From Marinifilaceae bacterium (lineage in GTDB: Bacteria; Bacteroidota; Bacteroidia; Bacteroidales; Marinifilaceae), in the NCBI GenBank assembly GCA_963666945.2, contig CAXXRT010000026.1, positions 16,073-80,072 on the forward strand: a stretch of DNA of 64,000 nucleotides. The letters are read 5' to 3'. Of the stretch, positions 50,961 through 62,001 are shown piece by piece. The notes under the pieces were generated by a model. The model did no database searches. It was not told the origin of the DNA and worked only from the letters and a program-made list of their open reading frames with translations. Made by a program: the position numbers and the translations under genes. Each line of letters begins with the position of its first letter. Positions within the stretch are counted from its first letter, which is position 1.

Positions 50961-53900
50961 TTAAAATGTTGCATTAATACCAAAAGTATAAACCCTTTCC
51001 TGTGGGGGAGTCAACCATGAGACTGCCGGACTTAGATTCCTGTCCTGAGCCTCATCAAAGTCTCTAACTACCTCAGGGTCCGAGCCCGGGTAATTAGTAA
51101 AGGTCAACAAATTTGTTCCGGACAAATAAATTCTTAATCTGGAAAGTTTAAACCTATCAATAATATGCTTAGGAACGGTATATCCCAGAGTGAGATTTTT
51201 TAAGTCTCATAAAGGAACCATCGAATAACCACATATCTGAATTAAACCAAGATTCACCATCCTTTCCCCAGTTTACCCCCTGCATAGTCTGCCTTGGATA
51301 TTTTGCAACATCACCAGGCTTTCTCCAGTGATCAAAGACATCTTCTCTAAAATTCCACTCTGAATTAATTCCCATCTGTCTTTTTGCAGATGAATCATAT
51401 ACATCAAAATCATAGGAAAAGTTAAACATAAAACTCAGATCAAAACCTTTATAACTAAAAGAGTTAGTTATTGCCCCTGTAAAATCAGGAATAGGTTTTC
51501 CTGCTGGTACCTTATATCCATCGGATCCCTCAAACCTATAAATCTTAGACTGATTTCCTTCTTTATCCAGATAAATAGGTCTTCCATCTTCAGGATCGAT
51601 TCCAACAACCCTAACCAGAGTATTCACTCCGAGAGGATAACCTACAAATATTCTTGTATCATTAGTTCCTCCACCTATCTCCTGCTGAAATCCTCCGAGA
51701 GATGTCACTTCATTATCAAGACTTGCAATATTAAATTCCGTGGTCCACTTAAAGTCCTCTGTAAAATTCCTGGAAGTAAAAGAAAACTCAATACCTTGAT
51801 TTTCAATTTTCGCAATATTTTGCCATTGCCTTGGAAATCCAATTGTCTTAAATGTCTCTGCGTTAATAAGAACATCTGATGCCTTTTTCAAGTAATAAGC
51901 AAATTCAGTTATAATACGTCCCCCAAAAAATCTTGCTTCAAATCCCAAATCAAAACTGTAAGTTGTTTCCCATTTAAGATCAGGATTTTCCAATATATCC
52001 GGATATGCTGTTTCCAGACCATTATATGGTTGAGTGGCAGAACCGGCTTTTATAGTTCCTATATGTGCATAGTTATCAATATTAGCATTACCGGTTATTC
52101 CCCAACTAGCTTTGAGTTTAAGAAATTCAAGCCATTCAATATCTTTCATCCATTTCTCCTCACTCATAACCCATCCAAAGGCAAAGGTAGGAAACCATCC
52201 GTAGCGATTATTGCTACCAAATCTCGAAGACCCATCTATCCTTAGAACTGCCTGTGCAATATACTTCTTCTGGTACATATAATTAAGTCTTGTAAAATAA
52301 CTTATAAAAGACCATTTCTGAGTTGGGTTCTTTGTTGTTTTAAGATTATCTAAATCATAATTAGGATCTTTATCCCAGGCTTTAGATACGTCTGTTACCT
52401 CAATATTTCTATCCGTTGTCTTTGACTTCTGAAATTCATGACCAATCATAGCAGTGAAGCTATGATCTTCTTTTAAGTCAAAATTATATGAGCCAACAAT
52501 ACTATAGTTCCAGTTCATTACCCAGTTATTATCTTCCCAGGCCTGACCCATATGATCAGCATTAATTACCTCACCTGGTTTATATCTTGAGAATTTGAAA
52601 TCCATGTAGTCCATGGCTGCTGATACATCAATATTCAAATTTTCATATGGTTCATAGCTAACAGAAATATTATTAATAGTTCGTAACTCTTCATTTCTTA
52701 GATCATTAACCTCACTAATCCATACAGGATTTCCATTTGCCTTTGCTCCTGTAAACCAACTTCCATCGGGGTTCTTAACAGGATAAATAGGAAGAGCCTC
52801 AGACATAGCTGACCCCAGACCACCCTCCCAAGGATTACCTATTAGGTTATTATCACCTTGTGTAATAGATGTTGATAACCTGATCTTAAGATTCTCCATA
52901 GGCGTTATATCAACATTTCCCCTTCCGGATATTCTTCTGAAGTCATTCTTTATCATATATGATTCATCATCGGATAATGTTCCCCCCACATATACGTTCA
53001 GCAGATCATTTCCCCATTTTACACCAAGATTATAATCCTGCTTAAACCCCGTTCGTGTCACTAAATCCCACCAATCAGTATCAGTTTTTCTAGCCTGATC
53101 CCAGGTAATTGCATTAGGGAGAGTCGCAGGCCCTGTGTTTCCGTCATTTTCCCAGGCTTCCTGTCTTAGTTGAAGCCATTGTTCACTATTAAGCATTTTA
53201 ACCTTCTTAGTCGGCTCACTAATACTTAGCTTAGTATTAAAATCAACAGTAAGTTTACCTTTTTTTCCCCTTTTAGTTGTGATAATAACAACACCATTAG
53301 ATCCTCTTGAACCATAAATACCGGCAGCCGCAGCATCCTTTAGAATTTCAACAGACTCAATGTCATCAGGATTTATGGTAGATAAGGGATTTATATTCAT
53401 ACCTTCTGTCCTTCCCTGTATTCCGAAAATATCATTGGTAATTGGTATCCCATCAACTACAAACAGAGGATCTCCGCTAGCACTGATGGAGGCTATGCCC
53501 CTTATTCTTATTATCGAACTAGAACCAGCAATACCCGTTCCCGTTCTAACCTGAACACCGGCAGCCTGTCCTAAAAGAGCAGATTCAAAAGAAGGGACAA
53601 CAGTATTTCTTATTTTTTCATTCTCTATCTTAGTAATAGATCCGGTTATCTCTCTTTTTCTCTGAACACCATAACCAACAACAACAACCTCTTCAAGTCC
53701 TTTCCTTTCAATCCGAAGATTTATATTTAAAAGAGTTTGTTCACCAACTTTAACCTCTTGGCTTTCATACCCCACGAAAGAAAAAACAAGAGTTTCTTCA
53801 TTTGCGACCATTATCTGGTAGCGGCCATTTGAATCCGTTGCCGTTCCCCGGGTTGTTCCTTTAACAACCACACTAACACCAGGTAAGGGAGCTCCATCAG

Positions 53901-54039
53901 CTGCGTCTTTTACAACACCGTTTACCGATCTTTGCTGTGCCTCTGTTATCAATGAGAAAAAGATAAAACACAACAAGAGCAGTTTGCTCTTTATTCCTTT
54001 TAATTCCATAAGTATTAAATTTAATTTCAATAGCTTCAT
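50961..54039 (-). pseudogene. susC: SusC-type TonB-dependent transporter, interrupted by a 1-nt insertion near its 3' end
   Basis: It has a carboxypeptidase-regulatory-like N-terminus (VNGVVKDAADGAPLPGVSVVVKGT), a plug (..ILKDAAAAGIYGSRGSNGVVIITTK..) and a barrel. ORF 51169..54039 stops at ..MRLKKSHSGIYRS. Removing one base from the T6 run at 51196-51201 gives ..MRLKNLTLGYTVP.. and about 77 more codons ending ..YTFGINATF at 50961. An alternative start is the ATG at 54009. Confidence 0.85.
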
Positions 54040-54114
54040 TTAAGGCTTAATAAAAAGCCCTCTTGTGGTTAGTTTTAGTATCATTTCTTTATAAATGCAA
54101 GACCGTGCTTTTAT

Positions 54115-54122
54115 CAAATATA
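54115..54122 (-). promoter_or_regulatory. Candidate -7 box TATATTTG for susC
   Basis: On the minus strand it matches TAnnTTTG, 76 nt upstream of the first susC ATG. I saw no clear -33 element. Confidence 0.3.
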
Positions 54123-54189
54123 TTACCTGTTTTTACCTATTTATAAGATGTAAGTTTTAAAATAGTATATAAAATTGCGGAATCGTTAC

Positions 54190-54203
54190 CGCAAACGTTT
54201 GAA
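54190..54203. promoter_or_regulatory. LacI-family-type operator (core palindrome CAAACGTTTG) in the susC/lacI divergent region
   Basis: There is a perfect 10-bp palindrome at 54192-54201. cGcAAaCGtTTgaA fits the generic LacI-family pattern TGnAAnCGnTTnCA at most positions. It is overlapped by the inverted repeat TGCGG-N8-CCGCA (54176-54193). Confidence 0.4.
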
Positions 54204-54346
54204 ATATAGCAATAAAGAGAAAGACATAGACTAAACCCCCAAACTTCAGATACCATGCCAGAGATTTAAGTCACTACTAATCACCACAAAAACATTCTTT
54301 ATATATTTTACGTAAAAATATGAGGTTATAAACTAATCTATATTCT

Positions 54347-55360
54347 ATGTCACAAATAACAATTAAAGATCTGGCCAAACAACTCGGAATATCACCTTCA
54401 ACCGTATCCAGAGCTTTAAAAGACCATCCGGACATTAGCCCTGCTACCAAAAAATCTGTTAAAGATTTAGCAGTTAAACTAAACTATACACCTAATGCCA
54501 TTGCACTTAGTCTAAGAAACCGTAAAACATATACTTTGGGAGTAATAATACCGGAGATCATTCATCACTTTTTTTCTTCTGTAATAAGTGGCATAGAGGA
54601 AATTGCTGCAGATAACGGTTTTAATGTTATGATATTCCAGTCAAATGAGAAATACGATAGAGAAGTATCAATTTGCAATGCTTTAATTGCGAATCATGTT
54701 GATGGAGTCCTTGTTTCAATGTCAAAGGAAACAAGAAAATATAACCACTTTAAAAAAATAAAACAAGTAGGGATTCCCTTAATATTTTTCGATAGAATAT
54801 GTAAAGATGTTGACACAGACAGAATTATTATTGATGACTACAACGGTTCTTTTACTGCAGTAGAACACCTTATAAATATAGGTTGTAAACGCATAGCACA
54901 CCTTTCTGCATCTCAACATTTAATAATAGGACAGAAAAGACAGATGGGTTATATTGATGCCCTTAAAAAACATAAATTCAAACCCGATCAAAAGCTTATA
55001 GTAAAATGCGACAACAAGGATATTGCCCAAATAGAAACACATAAACTGATGAAATTACCTGATCCCCCAGACGGCATCTTTGCTGTAAACGATTTAACTG
55101 CAGCCGGGGCTTTATGCGCATTAAAAAAACTAAAATACAAAGTTCCGGAAGATGTTGCTATTGTTGGTTTTACAGATGGAATGGTCTCAACTATAACTGA
55201 TCCAACTCTAACTACTGTTGAACAGCATGGTCACGAAATGGGACAAATAGCAACAAAAATGCTTCTAAGAAGAATTAATTCTTACGAGGACTATGAAACA
55301 ATCACTAAAATTATTAAAACTAATCTTATTATCAGAGAATCTACACAAAGAGAAATTTAG
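54347..55360 (+). CDS. LacI-family transcriptional regulator
   Basis: It has an N-terminal HTH (ITIKDLAKQLGISPSTVSRALK) and a periplasmic-binding-protein-like effector domain. It is divergent from susC. Confidence 0.9.
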   Translation: MSQITIKDLAKQLGISPSTVSRALKDHPDISPATKKSVKDLAVKLNYTPNAIALSLRNRKTYTLGVIIPEIIHHFFSSVISGIEEIAADNGFNVMIFQSNEKYDREVSICNALIANHVDGVLVSMSKETRKYNHFKKIKQVGIPLIFFDRICKDVDTDRIIIDDYNGSFTAVEHLINIGCKRIAHLSASQHLIIGQKRQMGYIDALKKHKFKPDQKLIVKCDNKDIAQIETHKLMKLPDPPDGIFAVNDLTAAGALCALKKLKYKVPEDVAIVGFTDGMVSTITDPTLTTVEQHGHEMGQIATKMLLRRINSYEDYETITKIIKTNLIIRESTQREI

Positions 55361-55623
55361 TATAAAAAAACTATACATTGGACAAAATAATTTGGTTTTC
55401 CATATTAATATGTCTTAAATTCATTATTGGTTAGTTAGAAGAATAAATTTTCATTTCTTTTTACCTTGAATTTCTCTCAAGGGATTGCAGCAATATCCTG
55501 CAAGATGGTTTGTTATGTACCTGCTTTTTATATCAAAACAGTCTTAGACTATTAAATTCAGCTTTACCTACAATAGCATTTTGTAAGTAAAGGAAGTGTA
55601 GGAATTAATTAAATAAGCAGAAG

Positions 55624-57126
55624 ATGACAAAACCAAGGTTAAGCTTTTGGCAAATATGGAATATGAGTTTTGGTTTTTTTGGTATACAATTTGGGTTCGC
55701 CCTTCAAAATGCCAACGTAAGTCGCATATTCGAGACTCTGGGAGCCAAAGTCGAAAATATTCCCATTTTATGGATTGCTGCACCTATAACCGGATTATTG
55801 GTACAACCGATTATAGGACATATGAGCGATAAAACATGGAATCGTCTCGGAAGAAGACATCCATATTTTCTTGTTGGAGCAATTTTAGCTTCCATTGCAA
55901 TATTTATTATGCCTAACTCCCCATTATTATGGGTTGCCGCAGGAATGCTATGGATAATGGATGCATCAATAAATATTTCCATGGAGCCATTCAGGGCCTT
56001 TGTTGGGGATATGCTCCCTGCAGAACAACGAACCAAAGGTTTTGCCATGCAAAGTTTTTTCATTGGCTCTGGAGCCGTAATTGCATCGGCATTACCATAT
56101 GTTATGACTAACTGGCTCAATATCTCAAATACAGCTACCGAAGATTCATTAATTCCACCTTCTGTAAAATGGTCGTTTTACATAGGAGGAGCAGTTTTCT
56201 TACTTTCAGTATTGTGGACAGTCTTTTCAACAAAGGAATATTCACCTGAACAATTAGATGCTTTTGAAGAAGAGAAAGAAAAAAGAACAGGAGAAATAAA
56301 GCATGAAATAATTATTTCCCAAAAAAGATTTTATAAATCAGGAAGGATATTAACAATTATTGGGATTTTCCTTAACTCCATAGTATACCTCCTCAATATG
56401 AAAGAAGAAGTATATATTCTTTCTGCAGGAGTAACATTTTTTGGACTGGTTTTATTATATTCCGGGTACAGCAGAGAGAAGAAGAATGGGATAGTCGTTA
56501 TAATGTCAGATCTTTTAACTATGCCCAAAACAATGAGACAATTGGCCGTAGTTCAATTTTTCTCTTGGCTGGCTCTGTTTTCTATGTGGATATATACAAC
56601 ATCAGGCGTTACTTCGCATATATATGAAACAAGTGATACTGCTTCAGTATTATACAACGAAGGGGCCAACTGGGTAGGAATACTCTTTGCTGTTTACAAT
56701 GGTTTTGCTGCGGCTGTATCCTTTTTATTGCCTGTAATAGCAAAACTCACAAACAGAAAGATAACTCACTTAATATCTCTGATTGCTGGGGGAATAGGGC
56801 TTATATCATTTTATTATATAAAAGATCCATATATGCTTATTTTTTCAATGTTTGGAGTAGGCCTGGCATGGGCCAGTATACTTTCTATGCCATATGCTAT
56901 TCTTACAGGCTCCCTACCATCACATAAACTTGGTATTTACATGGGAATATTCAATTTCTTTATTGTCATTCCCCAGATTCTTGCTGCAAGCATACTGGGA
57001 TTTATGGTAAAAAACCTTTTTGGAGGACAAGCTATTTTAGCCCTTGTCTTGGGAGGTTTTTCAATGATTTTGGCAGCTATCTCTGTAATATTTGTAAATG
57101 ACGTTGATTTTAAAAAAGATAAATAA
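55624..57126 (+). CDS. MFS sugar:cation symporter (GPH/SLC45-like, probable maltose/maltodextrin transporter)
   Basis: It has the ..[17 protein letters not shown]....GRR.P.. motif of sucrose/maltose-type symporters. It is the first gene of the pgmB-GH65-GH13 operon. Confidence 0.8.
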   Translation: MTKPRLSFWQIWNMSFGFFGIQFGFALQNANVSRIFETLGAKVENIPILWIAAPITGLLVQPIIGHMSDKTWNRLGRRHPYFLVGAILASIAIFIMPNSPLLWVAAGMLWIMDASINISMEPFRAFVGDMLPAEQRTKGFAMQSFFIGSGAVIASALPYVMTNWLNISNTATEDSLIPPSVKWSFYIGGAVFLLSVLWTVFSTKEYSPEQLDAFEEEKEKRTGEIKHEIIISQKRFYKSGRILTIIGIFLNSIVYLLNMKEEVYILSAGVTFFGLVLLYSGYSREKKNGIVVIMSDLLTMPKTMRQLAVVQFFSWLALFSMWIYTTSGVTSHIYETSDTASVLYNEGANWVGILFAVYNGFAAAVSFLLPVIAKLTNRKITHLISLIAGGIGLISFYYIKDPYMLIFSMFGVGLAWASILSMPYAILTGSLPSHKLGIYMGIFNFFIVIPQILAASILGFMVKNLFGGQAILALVLGGFSMILAAISVIFVNDVDFKKDK

Positions 57127-57128
57127 CA

Positions 57129-57770
57129 ATGATAAAAGCATGCATATTCGATCTTGACGGAGTAGTTGTAGATACGGCAAAATACCATTATTTAGCATGG
57201 AAGAAACTTGCCACAGAACTTGGATTTGATTTTTCTCCAGAAGAAAACGAGAGATTAAAGGGAGTAAGCAGGATGACTTCACTTAATATTCTATTGGATA
57301 TAGGTGGCATAAACGTAAGTGAAGATGAAAAGATAAAACTGGCAGAAAAGAAAAACAAGGAATATCTGAAGTTTATAAATAAAATGAAACCAGAGGAAAT
57401 ATTTCCAGGAGTAAAAGACTTTATCCAAAAACTTAAGGGGAAAGGTATAAAGGTTGCTTTAGGTTCAGCAAGTAAAAATGCACATACCATACTTAAACAG
57501 CTTAATATTCAAAACTTATTTGAGAAAATAGTTGATGGAAACATGGTCACTAAAGCAAAACCCCATCCTCAAATATTTCTTATCGGCGCAGAATTATTAA
57601 ATACATCCCCATCAGAATGTATAGTATTTGAAGACGCTGTTGCAGGACTGGAAGCGGCACATAATGCAGGGATGAAATGTGTCGGAGTCGGGGATCCAAA
57701 GATACTAAATATGGCAGACTATAATATTGCAGGATTTCACAACATACAACCTGAAATGTTCGGCCTATAA
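57129..57770 (+). CDS. pgmB: Beta-phosphoglucomutase
   Basis: It has the HAD motif FDLDGVVVDT, plus ..LKGVSR..SL.., ..GSASKN.. and ..FEDAVAGLEAA.. as in beta-PGM. It lies next to GH65. Confidence 0.9.
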   Translation: MIKACIFDLDGVVVDTAKYHYLAWKKLATELGFDFSPEENERLKGVSRMTSLNILLDIGGINVSEDEKIKLAEKKNKEYLKFINKMKPEEIFPGVKDFIQKLKGKGIKVALGSASKNAHTILKQLNIQNLFEKIVDGNMVTKAKPHPQIFLIGAELLNTSPSECIVFEDAVAGLEAAHNAGMKCVGVGDPKILNMADYNIAGFHNIQPEMFGL

Positions 57771-57796
57771 AACTATTAATATTAAAATAGATTGTT

Positions 57797-60105
57797 ATGA
57801 ACAGATATCTTAAATACGATGAATGGAATATTATTGAAGAAGGTTTCGATCCAAAAAACCATCGTTCTTCAGAAAGCATATTCAGCCTGGGCAACGGTAA
57901 AATGGGACAAAGAGCCAATTTCGAGGAATTTTATTCCGGCGAACGTCTTCAAGGCAGTTATATAGCAGGTATTTACTACCCGGATAAAACCAGAGTAGGA
58001 TGGTGGAAGAAATGGCTACCCGGAATACTTTGCAAAAGTTCTTAATGCCCCGGATTGGACATTTATAGATATATATATCAACGATATACAACTGGATCTT
58101 AATCTATGTGAAATTATTGATTTCAAGAGGATACTGAATATGAAAGAAGGTTATCTTGAAAGAAGATTCATAGCTAAAATTGATAAAACAAAAGAAATTA
58201 AAGTCAGTGTTAAACGATTTTTAAGCATTATAGACACAGAAGTAGGAGCTATCCGTTATTCCATTACTCCCCTTAATTTCAATGCTGACATAACTTTCAC
58301 CCCATTGATAAACGGAGACGTAAGAAACGAAGACGCAAACTATGGTGAGAGATTCTGGGATATTATTGAAACCAAGGCATATGGTGATGAAGCCTATCTC
58401 CTTTCAAAAACTAAAAAGACAGACTTTTACGTAGGTATAGGCATAAAATACGAGATTGAACTTAACGGGGATCTTCAAACTTTATCCTCGGATGAAATCA
58501 TACAGGAAGAGGAATTCACTGGTCACTCGATTACAATAGGCTGTCATCAAAACCAACAGGCCGTTATATACAAATACATATCAGTTCTATCTTCACTAAA
58601 CCATTGTATTGAAGATATATTGCCCAATGCACAAGTAGTCGTAAAAGATGCAAAGGAAAAGGGATTTTATAATCTTTTGGACGCTCACTCCAATAAGTGG
58701 GAAGAAAAATGGTCTCACTCAGATATAGTAATTAAAGGGGATATAAAAGCTCAGCAAGCCATCCGCTTTAATATTTTCCAATTAAATCAGACTTACACCG
58801 GAGAAGATAACAGACTAAATATAGGCCCCAAGGGTTTTACGGGAGAAAAATACGGGGGTAGTACATATTGGGATACCGAGGCATTTTGTGTCCCCTTTTA
58901 TTTAGGAACAGCTCCTAAGGAAGTATGCAAAAACCTTCTTCTATACAGATATAAACAGCTTGATAAAGCTATAGAGAATGCCCATCTTTTAGGCTTCAAA
59001 AACGGAGCGGCACTATACCCTATGGTGACCATGAATGGTGAAGAATGCCATAATGAATGGGAGATCACCTTTGAGGAAATTCACAGAAACGGTGCAATTG
59101 CTATGGCAATATACAAATACGTTAATTACACTGGCGATAGCTCCTATCTGGAAGATTTTGGACTCGAAGTACTAATAGCCATAGCCCGTTTCTGGCAACA
59201 AAGGGTAAACTTTTCAAAAGCAAAAGATAAATACGTGATACTAGGTGTTACCGGACCCAACGAGTATGAGAACAACGTAAACAATAACTGGTATACTAAT
59301 ACAATAGCAGTCTGGTGTCTTAAATACACAATAGAATCGTTGGAAGAACTCAAAAACAATAATTTCCACAGATTTAAAGAAATAGTTTCTAAAACAAATA
59401 TGGATTACAGGCCCTGAGATTAATGCCTGGAAGGATATCATTGAAAACATGTATTACCCTTACGACGAGAAAAATAAACTATTCTTACAACAAGAAGGAT
59501 ACTTGGATAAAGAACAGATCAATGCAGAAGATATCCCTTCAGGACAACGCCCTATTAATCAACACTGGTCATGGGACAGAATTCTCAGAAGCTGTTTCAT
59601 AAAACAGGCTGACGTAGTTCAGGGATTATACTTTTTCGAAGAAAACTATACAAAGGAAACCATAAAAAGAAATTTCGATTTCTACGAAAAACACACTGTT
59701 CATGAATCATCCCTGTCACCTTGTATATATTCAGTAATTGCCTCAAAAACAGGAGACATAAAAAAAGCATATGAACTATATCTAAGAACTGCAAGGCTGG
59801 ATCTTGATGATTATAATAATGAGGTAAATGAAGGCCTGCACATTACCAGTATGGCAGGCACATGGATTTCTATCGTTGAAGGATTCGGTGGTATGAGAGT
59901 CATAGAAGGTACCCTTCAGTTTAATCCTTTAATTCCCCACAACTGGAAATCTTATTCCTTCAGTATAAATTTCAGGGAGAATATATTAAAGATAAATGTA
60001 TCCCATAGTAATATTAAAATAAAAAACGATAAAGGAGACCAGATTATGATATCTGTTAATGATAAGAAATATATAATAGAAAAAGATGCAACTCTTGAAG
60101 TATAA
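57797..60105 (+). pseudogene. GH65 maltose phosphorylase, interrupted by two 1-nt insertions
   Basis: ORFs 57797..58045, 58140..59417 and 59449..60105 are colinear with one ~770-aa GH65 enzyme. Removing one A from AAA at 58010-58012 gives ..[20 protein letters not shown]... Removing one C from CCC at 59412-59414 gives ..NMDYRPEINAWKDIIENMYYPYDE... Confidence 0.9.
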
Positions 60106-60123
60106 ATGACTAATTACTGCTAA

Positions 60124-61977
60124 ATGAAAGAACTCATCGTTATAGTATTTATTATAATAGCATCCTTTTCTACCCAGGCAAAACAAAGGATAAAACTCAA
60201 AAGGATAGAACCTGCTTTTTGGTGGACAGGAATGAAAAATAGTAACCTTCAATTACTTATATATGGAGAAAATATATCTTTAACTCAGCCAATAATTAGT
60301 TATAAAGGAGTAAGGATCAAACAAATAATAAAAGTTGAGAATCCCAATTACCTGTTTATTAACCTTTGTATTTCAGATACAGCCATAGCTGGCAGTTTTG
60401 ATATTAATTTTATGAATGGCAAGAAAAAAATTGCCAGTTATCAATACAGGCTAATAGAAAGAAAAAAGAATTCTACAAAAAGAAAAGGATTTGATAATTC
60501 AGACGTTATATACCTGATTATGCCAGACAGATTCTCCAATGGAGATATCAATAATGATAACACTCCCTGCACAAAAGAAAAAACAAACAGGGAAAATCCA
60601 GACGGCAGACATGGCGGGGATATACAAGGCATAGTAGATCATCTTGACTATCTAAGTAATCTTGGAATTACGGCCCTTTGGATTACCCCCCTGCTTCTTG
60701 ATAATCAGGAGAAATACTCATACCATGGTTATGCTATATCCGATTATTACAAAATTGATCCAAGATACGGGACTAATGAAGATTATAAGAATCTGTCTCT
60801 CGAATGTAAAAAAAGGAATATAAAACTTATTCTAGATGTAGTAACAAACCACTGCGGAACAGAACATTGGTGGATTAAAGATCTCCCATGCAGCGACTGG
60901 ATACATCAATTCCCTGAGTTCACTCGTTCTAACTACAGAATGAATACTATTAACGACCCTTATGCCTCTATTATTGATCACAAACTAAATATAAGAGGCT
61001 GGTTCGATACTACCATGCCAGATCTAAACCAAAGGAATCCTCTCCTCCTTAAATACCTTATTCAAAACACCATCTGGTGGATAGAGTATGCCCATCTTGA
61101 TGGTATAAGGATAGACACATATGTTTATAACCATAAGGATGCAATGTCACATTTCTGTAAATCAATAATGGAAGAATATCCTGAAATCAACATAGTCGGT
61201 GAATGCTGGCAACATACGCCAGCAGAGATATCTTACTGGCAAAAAGATGCTCTGAACCACGACAACTACAATTCATATATGCCAACAGTAATGGACTTTC
61301 CTCTTCACGACATACTAAGTCGCACTCTACATGAAGAACAAAGCTGGGATAGGGGAATTACCCGTTTTTACCTCCATTTCGGAATGGATTACCTATACAA
61401 AGATCCATATAATTTGCTGGTATTTGCAGACAATCACGATACTGACCGTTTCGCCACAAATATTTCAGAAGATATCGATAACTTTAAGATAGCATTTACT
61501 TTACTACTCACTTGCCGGGGTATTCCCCAAATATATTATGGGACAGAAATAATGATGCGCGGAAATAAATCCCTGGGTGATGGAGATCTTAGAAAAGATT
61601 TTCCAGGAGGATGGCCTGCTGACACACTAGATGTATTTACCAGGAAAGGCAGAAGTCTTGAGGAAAATCAGGCCTTCGATTTTATTAATAAACTTCTGCT
61701 ATACCGCAAAGAAAACCCAGTAATTCATACAGGAAAAATGAAACATTATATTCCTGAAAACGAATGCTATATATATTTCAGATATAATGAAAACAAAACG
61801 ATAATGGTTATTCTAAACAATGACGAATCGGAAGAAAAAGAAATTACAACAGAAAGATTTAAAGAGTGTATAAAAGACTTTAAATCCGGAAATGATATAA
61901 TTACAGGTAATACTTTAAATAATCTAAAGATTATTAAGATACCTGCAAAAACAGCGATGATAATCGAACTATTCTAG
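60124..61977 (+). CDS. GH13 alpha-amylase/cyclomaltodextrinase-type enzyme with signal peptide (periplasmic)
   Basis: The N-terminal segment is ..IEPAFWWTGMKN..LQLLIYG... GH13 regions are present (DVVTNHCG, DGIRIDTY, GECW, FADNHD). Confidence 0.85.
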   Translation: MKELIVIVFIIIASFSTQAKQRIKLKRIEPAFWWTGMKNSNLQLLIYGENISLTQPIISYKGVRIKQIIKVENPNYLFINLCISDTAIAGSFDINFMNGKKKIASYQYRLIERKKNSTKRKGFDNSDVIYLIMPDRFSNGDINNDNTPCTKEKTNRENPDGRHGGDIQGIVDHLDYLSNLGITALWITPLLLDNQEKYSYHGYAISDYYKIDPRYGTNEDYKNLSLECKKRNIKLILDVVTNHCGTEHWWIKDLPCSDWIHQFPEFTRSNYRMNTINDPYASIIDHKLNIRGWFDTTMPDLNQRNPLLLKYLIQNTIWWIEYAHLDGIRIDTYVYNHKDAMSHFCKSIMEEYPEINIVGECWQHTPAEISYWQKDALNHDNYNSYMPTVMDFPLHDILSRTLHEEQSWDRGITRFYLHFGMDYLYKDPYNLLVFADNHDTDRFATNISEDIDNFKIAFTLLLTCRGIPQIYYGTEIMMRGNKSLGDGDLRKDFPGGWPADTLDVFTRKGRSLEENQAFDFINKLLLYRKENPVIHTGKMKHYIPENECYIYFRYNENKTIMVILNNDESEEKEITTERFKECIKDFKSGNDIITGNTLNNLKIIKIPAKTAMIIELF

Positions 61978-62001
61978 ATTTAACCCGAAAATAAGAAACA
62001 G

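Noticed and set aside
55485-55503. The inverted repeat TTGCAG-N7-CTGCAA as the LacI operator of the MFS operon, or as the lacI terminator.
   Set aside because: The odd spacing and the missing central CG do not fit LacI-family operators. As a hairpin it has only 6 bp and no U-tract. It is kept only as a note within the operator finding.
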